A stretch of DNA of 20,000 nucleotides from assembly GCF_004010195.1 (NCBI RefSeq), contig NC_057720.1, positions 7,283,948-7,303,947 of the forward strand, written 5' to 3'. Source of the DNA: Chiloscyllium plagiosum. Lineage: Eukaryota. Of the stretch, positions 19,428-20,000 are shown in pieces. Each line of letters starts with the position of its first letter. Within the stretch, counting starts at the first letter, position 1. The position numbers and the translations under genes are program-made. A model generated the notes under the pieces. That model made no database searches, was not told the origin of the DNA, and saw nothing but the letters and a program-made list of their open reading frames with translations.

Positions 19428-19447
19428 NNNNNNNNNNNNNNNNNNNN
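19428..19447. other. Assembly gap
   Basis: 20 N bases. Confidence 1.
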
Positions 19448-19499
19448 AAGAGGGCGGTGCTGAATCCAAGGGTTGGGACTGAGATAAGGTGGGGGGAGG

Positions 19500-19999
19500 T
19501 GAAATGAGGGAGCTGGAGAAATCTACATTCATCCCCTGTGGTTGGAGGGTTCTGAGGCAGAAGATGATGCGCTCTTCCTCCAGGCGTCGTGTGGCCAGGG
19601 TCTGGCGATGGAGGAGGCCAAGGACCTGTATGTCCTTGGCGGAGTGGGAGAGGGAACTAAAGTTGGGTTGGTTGGGTTGGGTTGGTTGGTGCGGGTATCC
19701 CAGAGGTGTTCCCTGAAACGTTCCGCAAGTAGCCGGCCTGTCTCCCCAATGTAAAGGAGGCCACATCGGGTGCAGCGGATGCAGTAAATGATGTGTGTGG
19801 AGGTGCAGGTAAACTTGTGGTGGATATGGAAGGATCCATTGGGGCCTTGGAGGGAGGCGAGGGGGGAGGTGTGGGCGCAAGTTTTGCACTTCTTGTGGTT
19901 GCAGGGAAAGGTGCCGGGAGTGGAGGTTGGGTTGGTGGGGGGTGTGGACCTGACGAGGGAGTCGCGGAGGGAATGGTCTCTCCGGAATGCTGATAGGGG
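19500..19999 (-). pseudogene. PLE Cys-rich linker plus GIY-YIG endonuclease domain, frameshifted near 19665-19690
   Basis: Manual translation: AFRRDHSLRDSLVRS..GTFPCNHKKCKTC..FTCTSTHIIYCIRCTRCGLLYIGETGRLLAERFREH; second frame SHSAKDIQVLGL..RRLEEERIIFCLRTLQPQGMN. Confidence 0.92.
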
Positions 20000-20000
20000 A

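Larger units (their letters stand above)
19161..20000 (-). mobile_element. Penelope-like element (Neptune-type) 3' portion with tandem pseudo-LTRs; continues beyond the window
   Basis: GIY-YIG ORF remnant followed, across a 20-N gap, by two hammerhead-bearing terminal repeats. Confidence 0.9.

Noticed and set aside
19377..19889. 170-aa ORF as an intact gene
   Set aside because: The N-terminal half is out of frame with the GIY-YIG domain and the ORF crosses an N gap; only the C-terminal part is the true PLE frame

Overview
Repeat-dense, non-coding (intergenic or intronic) DNA from a cartilaginous fish, most likely a shark; the repeat content suggests a carpet/bamboo-shark-like genome, which is an inference. 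I recognise no host protein-coding exon, and the ORFs I can interpret are transposon debris. The window holds many 5'-truncated CR1/HER1 LINE fragments, six HE1 (V-domain) SINEs, several other tRNA-derived SINEs including a Deu-domain SINE, an RTE LINE remnant, a Tigger4/MER46-like DNA transposon and a 31-bp minisatellite. The most notable content is a set of Penelope-like element (PLE) derivatives carrying about ten minimal type I hammerhead ribozyme motifs (CTGANGA-A-stem II-GAAA-CG-TH), with covarying stem II sequences across at least four families. These include a tandem hammerhead pair next to a Neptune-type GIY-YIG endonuclease ORF remnant (19161-20000, minus strand), a TSD-flanked retrozyme-like mini-element (11812-12265) and several long fold-back hairpins. 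PLE hammerheads are known in general; the specific architectures here are what merit checking. Boundaries were read by eye and are approximate.
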